From the IMG/VR virus record IMGVR_UViG_3300013901_000013, positions 25,592 through 89,591 of that record: DNA of 64,000 nucleotides. The stretch is one strand, 5' to 3'. Below the pieces are notes generated by a model, which did no database searches, was not told where the DNA came from, and worked only from the letters and a program-made list of their open reading frames with translations. This document shows, in pieces, positions 8,144-18,834 of this stretch; the stretch's first letter is position 1, and each line of letters starts with the position of its first letter. A program made the translations under genes and the position numbers. This DNA is from a virus. Lineage: Duplodnaviria; Caudoviricetes.

Positions 8144-8500
8144 ATGCGCGCTTCTAGAGGAGAGATTAAAATAGAAGAGATATTACAAAAAGCAGAATTA
8201 AATTTTAAAGAAGAATATATATTTCCAGAACTTAAAAGCTCTAGTGGTAGACCGTTACGCTTTGATTTTGTAGTTTTTGATGATGATGGTAAAATTGATT
8301 TTCTTATTGAATATCAAGGAAAGCAACATTATGAAGCAAGTTCAAAATTTGGCGGTAAAAGAGGATTGTACCAACAGCAGTTCAATGATAATAAGAAACG
8401 TAGATTTTGTGCTTTACATGGACTTACTTTGATAGAAATTCCTTATACAGAAGAACATCTTATATCCTACGATTATATAATGGAAAAAGCTGGATATTAA
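8144..8500 (+). CDS. Vsr/DUF559-like PD-(D/E)xK endonuclease
   Basis: SRGEIKIEEIL, LRFDF, IEYQGKQHY and DNKKRRFC..HGLTLIEIPY motifs. Confidence 0.8.
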   Translation: MRASRGEIKIEEILQKAELNFKEEYIFPELKSSSGRPLRFDFVVFDDDGKIDFLIEYQGKQHYEASSKFGGKRGLYQQQFNDNKKRRFCALHGLTLIEIPYTEEHLISYDYIMEKAGY

Positions 8501-8508
8501 GGAGGTAA

Positions 8509-10155
8509 TTGGTCTTGATAGATAGACAAAGACAAGAACAAATTCGCTCCAAAGGCTTTAGTATAGTAGATACAAGACGTGGAAATGAAGCACCAATAGA
8601 ATATGGTAGAATTAAGGTTGGAGCTAAAACGCTAGATGACGCAACATTAAATTTAGGTTCTCTTAAAAAGATTAATCCTATGTTTGCGGATAAGCGTTGG
8701 ATTTTAAAGGCTTTAGCTGAAAATAATGTTCCTGTTCTTCGTGAAATTTCTAATTACTTTTATAGAACTAGTGGTATATATTCTCGTGTATGTAATTATA
8801 TTGCCACTCTATATAGATACGATTGGTATATCGTACCAGAAGTATTAGATGATAAGGTTAAAGAAGAAAAAATCTTAAAAGAATTTAATTACCTTTTAGA
8901 TTATTTGGATAATACTCATATTAAGAAAATGTGTGCGGATATAGCTTTAGCTGTCGTTAAGGATGGCGCTTACTATGGCTACTTGGTAGATGGAGCGGAT
9001 GGATTAATGCTTCAACAGTTACCTATTAATTATTGTCGTTCAAGATATAATGTAGGTATGAATCCAGCAGTTGAATTTAATATGAAATTTTTTGATGACC
9101 ATTTTAGAGATATTAATTATCGTATGCGAGTACTTAAAATGTTTCCTAAAGAATTTCAAAAAGGATATTTACTTTATAAGCAAGGAAAACTTCCAGTAGA
9201 TAACATGATGGACCCATTTGGCACATGGTATTTACTTGACCCAGATTCAACTGTTAAATTCAATTTTAACAACAATGACATTCCTATGTTCGTAAATGCT
9301 ATTCCAAATTTACTTGATTTGGATGCTGCACAGGACTTAGACCGCCGCAAGCAAATGCAACAATTATTAAAAATTGTTATTCAAAAGCTTCCATTAGATA
9401 AAAATGGGGATTTGATTTTTGATGTGGATGAAGCAAGAGATATACACAATAATGCGGTTGAGATGCTTTGTCGCGCTATTGGTGTAGATGTATTGACTAC
9501 ATTTGCGGATGTCAGCGTAGAGGATATGTCAGATAGTAATACTACCACTACTAAAGATGATTTGGAAAAAGTAGAAAGAACATTATTTAATTCTCTTGGT
9601 ATTTCTCAAAACATCTTTAATACTGATGGTAACTTATCTCTTGAGAAATCTATCTTAAATGATGAAGCAACTACTAGAAATATTCTTTTACAGTTTCATA
9701 TCTTTTTTGATAGGGTTACTCGTGCTAAATGTAGCAATAAAAGAAAATTTGTATTTAAGTTTTTCATGCTAGAAACTACTCAGTACAATTATCAAGACTT
9801 ATCTAAAATGTACAAAGAACAAGTACAAATTGGTTATTCTAAGATGTTGCCGCAAATTGCGCTTGGACATTCTCAGAGTTCTATTATTCATACTGCTCAT
9901 TTTGAAAATGAAGTATTACATTTGAGTTCTATTATGATTCCACCATTAATGAGTTCTACACTAAATGGAGAAGATATTTTGGGCACAAATAAGCAAGATA
10001 ATACAAATAAAAATCAAAATAATACGACAAATAATTCTGGAAAAAATGCTAATCAGCAAAAGCAACAGCAGTCTAGCGGCGAAGCCGGTAGACCAGAAAA
10101 AGCTGATAGTCAAAAAAGTGAAAAAACAATTCAGAATCGTGAATCAATGAGCTAG
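8509..10155 (+). CDS. Probable portal protein
   Basis: 548 aa, located between terL and the protease/scaffold gene; C-terminal G.P/EK tail typical of portals. Confidence 0.7.
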   Translation: MVLIDRQRQEQIRSKGFSIVDTRRGNEAPIEYGRIKVGAKTLDDATLNLGSLKKINPMFADKRWILKALAENNVPVLREISNYFYRTSGIYSRVCNYIATLYRYDWYIVPEVLDDKVKEEKILKEFNYLLDYLDNTHIKKMCADIALAVVKDGAYYGYLVDGADGLMLQQLPINYCRSRYNVGMNPAVEFNMKFFDDHFRDINYRMRVLKMFPKEFQKGYLLYKQGKLPVDNMMDPFGTWYLLDPDSTVKFNFNNNDIPMFVNAIPNLLDLDAAQDLDRRKQMQQLLKIVIQKLPLDKNGDLIFDVDEARDIHNNAVEMLCRAIGVDVLTTFADVSVEDMSDSNTTTTKDDLEKVERTLFNSLGISQNIFNTDGNLSLEKSILNDEATTRNILLQFHIFFDRVTRAKCSNKRKFVFKFFMLETTQYNYQDLSKMYKEQVQIGYSKMLPQIALGHSQSSIIHTAHFENEVLHLSSIMIPPLMSSTLNGEDILGTNKQDNTNKNQNNTTNNSGKNANQQKQQQSSGEAGRPEKADSQKSEKTIQNRESMS

Positions 10156-10165
10156 GAGGATAATA

Positions 10166-11722
10166 ATGCATACAAGTGTTCAATTAGAAACACCATGTGA
10201 GATTATTAATGTTATTCCACTTAATCCTCTAATCTCTAAATGTCAGATTAAAGTTTGCTACGTAGGGGATAACCCAAACCGCAACAAATCTGTCATTACA
10301 AAAGAAGTAGCTAAACAAATGGCTAATTCTTTGCCAGGAAGTCCGATTGTAGGTTTTTACAACGAGGCTTCTGGAGATTTTGAGGAACATAATAGAAGCA
10401 TTGATATTTCTAATGGAAAAATTGTTGTGCGTGACACAACTAGACCTTATGGATTCGTTGACTTGAATGCTAAAGTTTGGTTTCAGAAATATCTTGACGA
10501 TGGTAAGTATGAAAGAGAATACTTAGTAACTGAAGGATACTTGTGGACTGGACAATATCCGGAATGCCAACGAATCATTGATAATGGCAATAATCAATCT
10601 ATGGAATTAGATGATGTTAGTTTAGATGGAACTTGGACAAACTTTAATAATGGAAAACTTAAACTTTTTATTATTAATGAGGCGATAGTATCTAAACTAT
10701 GTATTTTAGGTGAAAATTGCGAACCTTGTTTTGAGGGTTCTAATATCACACCTACTCAATTTTCTTTTGATAATGGATTTAAACATAAGATTTATTCCAT
10801 GATGCAAGAATTAAAAGAATTAAAAACTATTTTAAATAATAATAAAGGAGGAACACAAGTGTTTACTAAATATTCAGTAACAGTTGGCGATAATCTGTGG
10901 AATCAACTTTACAGCAATATTGACCATGAGAATTATTCTCTATCTAATGTATTGCTTGAGGGTGACCAGTTATTTGCTGTTCTTCAAAGTCGTTCTGATA
11001 ATTCTAAATATTCTCGTGTAAACTTTAGTTTAAATGAGAATAAAGTAGAGAATATGTCTGAAGTCGAAGATATGGCAGGGTTTGTTCCGTTAGCTGAAGC
11101 TCAGTTTGCACAGGCTGATGTTGAAGCATTTGAAGCTTCTTTCAAGAAAAAAGAAGATGATGACAAGGACAAAAATAAACAAACAAATGACCCTAATTCT
11201 GATAAAAATACAGAAGGAAATACTTCAAAATCTGGTGATAACAGCAAAGATGATGAAGGAAATGGGGATAATAACTCAAATCCAGATGATGATGAAGACG
11301 AAAAAAAGAAAAAGAAAGGTAAATATGCTCTTGAAGAAATTCCAGAATATGTTGAACTTTCTAATAAATATTCCGCACTTCAAGCTGATTATGACGCTCT
11401 AAAATCTGAGGTTGATGGTTTAAGAGAATTTAAACTCGCAAACGAAAGAACTCAGAAACAAGAGATGATTGATAAATTTTATATGTTATCAGATGAGGAT
11501 AAAAAAGATGTTACAGAAAACATTGATAAATATTCTCTTGATGATATTGAAGCAAAACTTTCTGTAATTTGTGTTCGTAATAAAGTTAATTTTAACTTAG
11601 ATGATGATGAACACAAAGATACTCCACCAACAACATTTAATTTTAATGGTGAAGAATTTGATGACGTGTCAACTCCAGCCTGGGTAAAAGCAGCAATGGA
11701 AGTTGAGAAAGAAATGAAATAA
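10166..11722 (+). CDS. Probable prohead protease fused to a scaffolding domain
   Basis: Globular N-terminal half plus acidic low-complexity/coiled-coil C-terminal half; between portal and capsid genes. Confidence 0.6.
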   Translation: MHTSVQLETPCEIINVIPLNPLISKCQIKVCYVGDNPNRNKSVITKEVAKQMANSLPGSPIVGFYNEASGDFEEHNRSIDISNGKIVVRDTTRPYGFVDLNAKVWFQKYLDDGKYEREYLVTEGYLWTGQYPECQRIIDNGNNQSMELDDVSLDGTWTNFNNGKLKLFIINEAIVSKLCILGENCEPCFEGSNITPTQFSFDNGFKHKIYSMMQELKELKTILNNNKGGTQVFTKYSVTVGDNLWNQLYSNIDHENYSLSNVLLEGDQLFAVLQSRSDNSKYSRVNFSLNENKVENMSEVEDMAGFVPLAEAQFAQADVEAFEASFKKKEDDDKDKNKQTNDPNSDKNTEGNTSKSGDNSKDDEGNGDNNSNPDDDEDEKKKKKGKYALEEIPEYVELSNKYSALQADYDALKSEVDGLREFKLANERTQKQEMIDKFYMLSDEDKKDVTENIDKYSLDDIEAKLSVICVRNKVNFNLDDDEHKDTPPTTFNFNGEEFDDVSTPAWVKAAMEVEKEMK

Positions 11723-11742
11723 ATTTTTAAGGAGGATATATA

Positions 11743-12522
11743 ATGCTTAGTGATTTCTTAAAGAAAAATATTAAGAGCCAGGCATCATATGTTGAGTATG
11801 GTTATGGACAAGTAGAACCAAACCATTTATCTGCTCAAAGAACTGCACAGATTTATGCTCAACTACCTGCTGATAGTAAAATTAATGTTCTTGAGCAAGG
11901 TCAGTTTGTAAAATATGATTATGCTTCAGGACTGGTTAATTTCACTGGTAAAGGTGAATGGATGCTTGTTTATAATGAAACAAAATTATATAGAGAACAT
12001 CAGATTGATTGCGAATTCGCAATGAGAAAAGATGATTATCAGGCACGTATCTATAGTCCATTTGGATATGGAGTAGATAAAGATGGTAATCCAACAGCTG
12101 GTGGTGATGAAGCTTTCGATAGACAGTCTCGTTACTACAACGGTGTAGATGCCGAAGGAAAAGATTCTATTAAGATTGGTTCTAAAACATATAAATATGA
12201 TGATGTTACTGCCGGACCAGATATGTATGAGATTCATTACAATGAAGACCCATTCCATATCGTAGGACCTTACAAAGAAAAGAAAATGCCAGAGGGAACT
12301 ACAATGGTACCTCGTGTTTTCAAAACAAATGTAGGTGACATCTTTACTACTAATACTATTAATGAAACTACTCTTACTGTTGGAGATATTCTTACACCTC
12401 AGGCTAAAGATGGTATTCTTGCTAAAACAGGTGCTGAAGATGCTGATATGCAGTGGCAAGTAGTTAAAGTTTATACAATGCCAGACCACCAAAAAGGTGT
12501 TAAGGTAATGCGTATTAAATAA
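11743..12522 (+). CDS. Probable head decoration/minor capsid protein
   Basis: Immediately upstream of the MCP; beta-rich sequence. Confidence 0.5.
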   Translation: MLSDFLKKNIKSQASYVEYGYGQVEPNHLSAQRTAQIYAQLPADSKINVLEQGQFVKYDYASGLVNFTGKGEWMLVYNETKLYREHQIDCEFAMRKDDYQARIYSPFGYGVDKDGNPTAGGDEAFDRQSRYYNGVDAEGKDSIKIGSKTYKYDDVTAGPDMYEIHYNEDPFHIVGPYKEKKMPEGTTMVPRVFKTNVGDIFTTNTINETTLTVGDILTPQAKDGILAKTGAEDADMQWQVVKVYTMPDHQKGVKVMRIK

Positions 12523-12540
12523 TAAGGGGGGAAGAAGATA

Positions 12541-13647
12541 ATGTTAGATAGACAAAATCTAGTTCAGTTAATGAAAACAGTTGCAAAGGCTGACCCTTCC
12601 GCTCCTACAGCTTATAGCTTTGGTGGACAGAACCTTAGTTATGACGCATTAAATGAAACTCTTCGTAGAGAGCTTAATGAGTTAGCTGGTACATACTCAC
12701 TGTATCGTGAAAATAAAAATACAATTTTCTCAATTATTGAGGAAACATTAGATGAAGTTCTTCCAAAGAAAGTGGTAGAACAGTATAATCAGTTTGCAGA
12801 AACCCGCACATTTGCGCAGGGAGATAAAATTCTTTTCAGACGTAAACTTACTTCTAATAATCGTGCTAAACAGTTTATTACAAGAGTAGGTCTTGCAGGT
12901 ATTTACGAAGTATTTAAACTTGGTAAAAACGAAGAGAGCTTTGAAGTTCGTACATCTGCTATTGGTGGAGCAGCTCAGATTGGATTTGAGGAGTTCCTTG
13001 ATGGTCGTGTAGATTTCGCTGAAGTAACAAGAATTGTTATGGAAGGTATGGACGAATTAATCTATAAAGAGGTTGGAGCTGCACTTAAAGCTTCTATCAA
13101 CCAGTTACCTCCTGCAAATAGAGTTGCCGCAACAGGATTTGATGAAGCAGCTTTTGATAAACTTCTTACAATCGCTTCTGCTTATGGAACACCTACTATT
13201 TATTGTACATACGAATTTGCAGTAAATATGATTCCTAAAGAAGCTTGGAGATATACAGAAGCCATGAAAGATGAGCTGTGGAGAACAGGACGTCTTGCTT
13301 CTTATAAAGGTCACAAAGTTATCATCCTTGAGCAGGGATTTGAGGATGAAACTAATAGCCGCAAAGTAATCGACCCAGGTTATGCTTGGATTATTCCTAG
13401 TGGTGCTGACAGTAAACCTGTTAAGATTGCATTTGAAGGAAATACTATTGTTGATGAGTACACAAATGCAGACCGTTCAAGAGAGATTCAGGTTTATAAG
13501 AAAGTCGGAGTCGTTTGTATGTTAACAAATGATATCTGCGCTTATGTTGATACTTCACTTATGGGCCAGATGGATACATGGAAACTTGATGGCATCACAG
13601 GTAAAGTTATTACATTAGATGGCCGCAAAGACGGTACAATCGCGTAA
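12541..13647 (+). CDS. Probable major capsid protein
   Basis: 368 aa, canonical position, strong RBS, followed by a terminator. Confidence 0.75.
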   Translation: MLDRQNLVQLMKTVAKADPSAPTAYSFGGQNLSYDALNETLRRELNELAGTYSLYRENKNTIFSIIEETLDEVLPKKVVEQYNQFAETRTFAQGDKILFRRKLTSNNRAKQFITRVGLAGIYEVFKLGKNEESFEVRTSAIGGAAQIGFEEFLDGRVDFAEVTRIVMEGMDELIYKEVGAALKASINQLPPANRVAATGFDEAAFDKLLTIASAYGTPTIYCTYEFAVNMIPKEAWRYTEAMKDELWRTGRLASYKGHKVIILEQGFEDETNSRKVIDPGYAWIIPSGADSKPVKIAFEGNTIVDEYTNADRSREIQVYKKVGVVCMLTNDICAYVDTSLMGQMDTWKLDGITGKVITLDGRKDGTIA

Positions 13648-13678
13648 TCTATACTCGGTAATTTAATATAAAAAACTG

Positions 13679-13714
13679 GGGGAGAGGGAGAAGCTTCCCT
13701 CTCCCCTTATTTTT
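13679..13714 (+). terminator. Rho-independent terminator
   Basis: GGGGAGAGGGA/TCCCTCTCCCC 11-bp stem plus T tract. Confidence 0.85.
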
Positions 13715-13738
13715 GTTTGAGATAAAGGAGATAATATA

Positions 13739-14320
13739 ATGGAAAGTTCAAAAATTCTTAAAGTTAAAAATAGAAGTGCAAGTTTAGCTGTATATTCAAT
13801 TCCGGAGATTAATATTCGTAGGGAATTTGCTCCTGGAGAGACAAAAAATATCACATATGGTGAGTTAGAGAAACTTTCTTATCAGCCTGGTGGTAGAGCA
13901 ATTATGCAGAATTTCTTGCAGATTATTGACCCTGAGGCTACAGGAGATTTAGGTATTAATCGTGAACCAGAATATGATTTAAGTGAACAGCAGATTGTAG
14001 ATTTAATGAATAATGGTTCTCTTGATGCTTTTCTTGATTGTCTTGATTTTGCACCAGTAGGTGTAATTGATTTAATCAAGAAATTTGCAGTTTCACTACC
14101 TCTGAATGATATTAATAAGAGAGATGCTCTGAAAAAGAAAACAGGCTTCGATGTAACAGTAGCTCTTGCTAATATGCAGAAAGAAAAAGAAGATGCGGAT
14201 GCTCCAGCAGTAGAAACTAAAGAGCGTCGTGTAAAAACTGAATCCGCACCAGAAGGTCGTAGAACAACACCTAAATATAATGTAGTCCAGACTACAACAA
14301 CAGCAAAATTAGATAAATAA
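13739..14320 (+). CDS. Hypothetical head/neck-region protein
   Basis: ORF with RBS directly after the MCP. Confidence 0.6.
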   Translation: MESSKILKVKNRSASLAVYSIPEINIRREFAPGETKNITYGELEKLSYQPGGRAIMQNFLQIIDPEATGDLGINREPEYDLSEQQIVDLMNNGSLDAFLDCLDFAPVGVIDLIKKFAVSLPLNDINKRDALKKKTGFDVTVALANMQKEKEDADAPAVETKERRVKTESAPEGRRTTPKYNVVQTTTTAKLDK

Positions 14321-14336
14321 TCAGGAGGATTATATA

Positions 14337-14954
14337 ATGGAAGGTCAGAGAAAAGGTACACTTTTTTCTGCTATTTATAATCGTTTTCTTGGTAAAATTA
14401 CAGACGATATGTATATAGAATTAACCCCAGAAGACACCATTAAAGATTTGCAAAATCTTTTGATTGATGCAATTCCTGGATTTGAATTTCCAAGACAAGA
14501 TATCTCCAACTATACTATACAAGTAGTACAGATTAAAGAAAATGAAGTCCTTGATGGGGATTTCATTATTGGTGTCGTATGGGATGGGTTAGAAGAAAAT
14601 ATCGTCGAAACTCCAGACGTATTAGTTGACCGTTCTTGTTTTAATGCAAATCTTACCTCTGAAGAAATAAATATATTGGCTTTGTTAATGAAACAAAGCT
14701 GGGTTCAGAGACAAGTTAATTCAATAGAAAATACCAGAATGAAATATTATGGAAGTGATTTTAAAATGACTTCCCAAGCAAACCATTTATCTAAATTAAT
14801 GAATTTGCTTGAAACCGCAAAAACGGAGTCATTTCATATGCAGCGTTTATATAAACGCAGAAGATTAGATGATAAAGGTTATTATCATTCTAATTGGACT
14901 GTATTGCGGGAGAGGAGTGCACTAGATGCCAACGGGTACCATCCTCCTCGATAA
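14337..14954 (+). CDS. Probable head-tail adaptor
   Basis: Position; helical sequence with EEINILALLMKQSW motif. Confidence 0.5.
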   Translation: MEGQRKGTLFSAIYNRFLGKITDDMYIELTPEDTIKDLQNLLIDAIPGFEFPRQDISNYTIQVVQIKENEVLDGDFIIGVVWDGLEENIVETPDVLVDRSCFNANLTSEEINILALLMKQSWVQRQVNSIENTRMKYYGSDFKMTSQANHLSKLMNLLETAKTESFHMQRLYKRRRLDDKGYYHSNWTVLRERSALDANGYHPPR

Positions 14955-15237
14955 ATATAATATTGGTTTTTCTAATGAAGATATAATTAAAAATGTTCAA
15001 CGTTTAACTAATCAGTTATGGAAATTAATTCCAATGCGTGAACATAAAGAGGATTGGTCAAAACAACTTGATACTGTTATTATAGAAATTGCTGGGCTTA
15101 ATGAAATTTTCATTGGGCCTACTTTTTTACAATTACTTAGTAAATTAGAGGGCTTGCGAGTTAAGGATACAACATTTGAGCTATACCGTAAGACTATTTT
15201 TGAATGCATAAGTCTTTTACAGGAGCTAAACGGATGA
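14926..15237 (+). CDS. Hypothetical neck-region protein (103 aa)
   Basis: ORF with GAGG RBS overlapping its neighbours. Confidence 0.6.
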   Translation: MPTGTILLDKYNIGFSNEDIIKNVQRLTNQLWKLIPMREHKEDWSKQLDTVIIEIAGLNEIFIGPTFLQLLSKLEGLRVKDTTFELYRKTIFECISLLQELNG

Positions 15238-16358
15238 CAAGTTATAAGGAAGACAGCAACCCCTCTTTAAATTTAATGCTAAGACGTTTAGGAGTTTTTA
15301 ATAATTCAAAGCCAACCAGCGCACCTCTAGAGCGTCCAAACCCGCTAAAAATGCGAGCACAAGATAATATTGAAGGTGTAACAAATATCGCTGGTCGAAT
15401 GAAAGTAAATGGCGGTTATTATCAACAAGAAAGAATGATTTTTGACAAACGCCGCAGTTTGGAAAGAGCTTTATTGTATTCTTATCAAAGTGCGAATGTT
15501 AAAAAACTCACTCAAGACTTGGAAGATTTAAAAGAAGAAGGAATAGTTGAAACTAGAGTTTTAATTAATCCTGATAAAACAAAACAAAGCTATGATGATA
15601 AAATTTTATCTGGATATTATGAGGATGGTTGGAAACCAGGAGATGTATTTGAATGGACTGGTACTCAAACTCATTGGTTAATATATTTACAAGATACAAC
15701 TGAATTAGCCTATTTTAGAGGAAGTATAAGACGTTGTAGTTATACTGTTAATTGGGAAGATGAAGATGGATTACATTCTAGTTATATGGCGGTTCAAGGT
15801 CCAGTAGAAACTAAAATTGATTATATCCAAAAGCACGAAATTAGTATTGATAGACCAAACTTTTCACTTGATATATTGATGCCCGCAAATGAAGCTACAG
15901 TTAAATATTTCCGCAGATATGCTAAATTTTATTTAAAGGGACTAATTGCGGGTTCACCTGATGTCTGTTGGAGAACAGAAGCAGTGGACTGGATTAGTAC
16001 TCCTGGAATAATTAGAATTCATGCAGTTGAGTATTATATTAATAAAGAAGAAGATGATGTTGAAAAAGGATTAGTTGGGAGTTTAATAACTAAACCAGAA
16101 AATCCAAATTCAGAAAACATCGAACAAATGATAGAGGGACCAGCTTTTATCAAACCTAAGATTGAATATGAATTTACTTGGACTGGTACTTCTGGAAAAC
16201 AATGGTCTGTAGATAAACGAAAATATCCAGTTAAACTAATAATAGATGATGAAGACCCTAAGAAATGTAAGGTTAAATGGATTGCTCCTATTAGTGGTCA
16301 ATTTGAGCTTACATGCGGCAATATAACAAAAACTATTATCGTAGAGTCTTTATTTTAA
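15234..16358 (+). CDS. Probable head-closure/neck protein with C-terminal Ig-like domain (start reassigned to ATG 15234)
   Basis: AGGAG RBS before 15234; beta-rich C-terminus; position. Confidence 0.5.
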   Translation: MTSYKEDSNPSLNLMLRRLGVFNNSKPTSAPLERPNPLKMRAQDNIEGVTNIAGRMKVNGGYYQQERMIFDKRRSLERALLYSYQSANVKKLTQDLEDLKEEGIVETRVLINPDKTKQSYDDKILSGYYEDGWKPGDVFEWTGTQTHWLIYLQDTTELAYFRGSIRRCSYTVNWEDEDGLHSSYMAVQGPVETKIDYIQKHEISIDRPNFSLDILMPANEATVKYFRRYAKFYLKGLIAGSPDVCWRTEAVDWISTPGIIRIHAVEYYINKEEDDVEKGLVGSLITKPENPNSENIEQMIEGPAFIKPKIEYEFTWTGTSGKQWSVDKRKYPVKLIIDDEDPKKCKVKWIAPISGQFELTCGNITKTIIVESLF

Positions 16359-16376
16359 GAGTTAAAGGAGATTTGG

Positions 16377-16961
16377 TTGATGAAAGTAGAAAATTATAAA
16401 CCGACTAAATCAAGTTTTCTATCTATCGAAAAAGATATGTCTATAATTATAGATAGTATTTTTTCTAACAAAACTTTATTAAAGTTACTTTATTATGCGT
16501 CTAAAGATGCTCTTGAAAAGCCAGCTTTAACTGAAGAACAAAAATTAGAAATGGTAGATAAAAATATAAAAATTAGACCTAAAGTTTATGTCGACAAAGA
16601 TGTAAAAACTTATATTATAATTAGAATCAGAGATTTTGTTCCTAGCTCAAATCCAGAATACAGAAGTTGTATTATTGAATTTGATATTTGCTGTCATGTG
16701 GAGCAATGGGCAATGAAGGATTTTAAAATACGTCCTTATAGAATTGCCGCAGAATTAGACTCAATGTTTACAGATAAACACCTCTCTGGAATAGGAACAT
16801 TAGATTTTACTGGAACTAGTGATTTGAATTTAACTGATGAATATTGCGGTTTATGTGTACAATTTTTAGCTTATCATGGCGAGGAAGATAAAAATAATGT
16901 ACAGCCTAAAGAAAATCCAGCGCATGTTCAAGATTTCAAAGATGTTATAGAGGACTATTAA
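16377..16961 (+). CDS. Probable tail terminator/completion protein
   Basis: Position before the tail tube gene; IEFDICCH...RPYRIAAELDSMF pattern. Confidence 0.45.
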   Translation: MMKVENYKPTKSSFLSIEKDMSIIIDSIFSNKTLLKLLYYASKDALEKPALTEEQKLEMVDKNIKIRPKVYVDKDVKTYIIIRIRDFVPSSNPEYRSCIIEFDICCHVEQWAMKDFKIRPYRIAAELDSMFTDKHLSGIGTLDFTGTSDLNLTDEYCGLCVQFLAYHGEEDKNNVQPKENPAHVQDFKDVIEDY

Positions 16962-16962
16962 T

Positions 16963-17688
16963 ATGGATTTACGTTTGGCTCTTATGGCGGGAACCGATAT
17001 TCCAGTGCCGGAATGCCAAGCTATTTTACATCAACCGACTATAAAAGAAATTGCTTTTATTGGAAACGAAGATTTTTTTATTGGAGTACAAACCCTTTGT
17101 CTACATAAAAGCATGTTTGTAGAGGACAAAAAAGTTCTAGAAGAAATAAATAACTTTCAGATATTTATGACAGTAATGAATGATAAAGAATGCGCTGATA
17201 AAAAACGTGATGTTATCCAAATTTTAACTTTACTTTTTCCAGGGGCGCAAATATTATTCACTCCACGCTCATTAGTTATTAATGGTCTACCTTCTGGTAG
17301 TATTACTATAGATGCAACTAATTTTGAACCGCTTCAAGAGGCTTTAAGATTAATTTTCTGTAGTAAGAATGGACCGATGGACCAACAAGCCTTCAATCCA
17401 GCAGATGATAAAGCTAGGGAAATCGCTCAAAAACTAATGCGTGGTCGCCAACGTGTCGCCGCACAAAAAGGAGAATCAAATTCCTGTGTATTTACACAAT
17501 ACGTTTCTATATTAACTGTAGGACTAAGAATACCTCCGCAGGATTTAATAAATTGTACAATGTATCAATTATATGATTTAATGGAACGTTATTCATTGTA
17601 TAATGCCTGGGATTTAGATGTGCGGGTAAGGCTTGCCGGAGGTAAGCCAGATTCTCAACCTGACAATTGGATGAAGAATATCCATTGA
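16963..17688 (+). CDS. Hypothetical tail-region protein
   Basis: ORF coupled to its neighbours in the morphogenesis module. Confidence 0.55.
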   Translation: MDLRLALMAGTDIPVPECQAILHQPTIKEIAFIGNEDFFIGVQTLCLHKSMFVEDKKVLEEINNFQIFMTVMNDKECADKKRDVIQILTLLFPGAQILFTPRSLVINGLPSGSITIDATNFEPLQEALRLIFCSKNGPMDQQAFNPADDKAREIAQKLMRGRQRVAAQKGESNSCVFTQYVSILTVGLRIPPQDLINCTMYQLYDLMERYSLYNAWDLDVRVRLAGGKPDSQPDNWMKNIH

Positions 17689-17763
17689 GCGAGTTATTTA
17701 TTTATTTTCTTTTAAATAAATAATCTATTTATATTTATGAAATTTATAAGGAGGAAATAGCTT

Positions 17764-18765
17764 ATGCGATTCGGTGTCCGCGAAATTTGTGACGTTGTAT
17801 TAAAGGCTAAATCAGCACAAAAAATCGGTAATAAAATCTTTTATGCTAATGAGCCTGTAATTTATTTTGATACACTGAAAACTTCTAGCCTTGAAGGTGC
17901 AGCTACTACTGTATATGCACAAGGTGGTAGAGGTAATGCTCGTTTAGTAGCATGGGAAGGTGAAAGAACAGTAACCTTCACAATGGAAGATGCTCTTATT
18001 TCTCCAGAAGGATTCATGATTCTTTCTGGTGCAGGACTTATCAATTCTTCTGAAAAGAAACCTATTTATCAGCATGTAACAGAAACTGTTGATGCTACTG
18101 GTGTTAAGATTTCTGGTGAAGATGAAGAATTAGAGTATCAGATTGAGCTTAGTAAGAAACCTTATCTGCCAACAGGTAAAAATGATAACTTTGCTTATGT
18201 AATGTTTATGAAAAATGGTGAAATTGTATCTGAGCCATATATTCCAATACATGAGGAAGTTGACAAAGATGATGAGGGCAATTATTTATTGAGAGTTAAA
18301 GCTCATAAAGCATACAGCGGAGTATCAGCTGGTGAAGATAATGCTCATCAGTATACTCTTGATAAATCAGAGTGGAATGCAACTACATTCGACAGTGTTT
18401 TAGTAGATTATTATGTAGAGCATGCAGGTTCTGATGCACAGCAGATTGAAATTACCGCAGATAAATTTGGTGGCAACTATTATCTTGAAGCTTCTACATT
18501 ATTCCGTGATACAAACGGTGTAGATATGCCTGCTGAATTTATTATTCCTAACTGCAAGATTCAGTCTAACTTCACATTTACAATGGCATCTTCTGGAGAC
18601 CCAAGTACATTTACATTTACTATGGATGCATTCCCAGATTATACAAGATTTGACCACAGTAAGAAAGTTCTTGCTGCAATTCAGATTATTAAAGATGCTG
18701 GAAGCCAAGACTTACATCGTCATAGTACTGCTCACGAAGCAGCTCATGATTCATTGTCTTGGTAA
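17764..18765 (+). CDS. Probable major tail tube protein
   Basis: Beta-rich 333 aa with GG.GN..L..W...TVTFT.EDAL and terminal FTFTMDA strands; strong RBS; terminator follows. Confidence 0.7.
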   Translation: MRFGVREICDVVLKAKSAQKIGNKIFYANEPVIYFDTLKTSSLEGAATTVYAQGGRGNARLVAWEGERTVTFTMEDALISPEGFMILSGAGLINSSEKKPIYQHVTETVDATGVKISGEDEELEYQIELSKKPYLPTGKNDNFAYVMFMKNGEIVSEPYIPIHEEVDKDDEGNYLLRVKAHKAYSGVSAGEDNAHQYTLDKSEWNATTFDSVLVDYYVEHAGSDAQQIEITADKFGGNYYLEASTLFRDTNGVDMPAEFIIPNCKIQSNFTFTMASSGDPSTFTFTMDAFPDYTRFDHSKKVLAAIQIIKDAGSQDLHRHSTAHEAAHDSLSW

Positions 18766-18781
18766 TTAAATAATGATTTCT

Positions 18782-18815
18782 AAGGGGAGAGATTTTATAT
18801 CTCTCCCCTTATTTT
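18782..18815 (+). terminator. Rho-independent terminator
   Basis: AAGGGGAGAGAT/ATCTCTCCCCTT stem plus T tract. Confidence 0.85.
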
Positions 18816-18834
18816 GCGTTAAAGGAGAATATAT

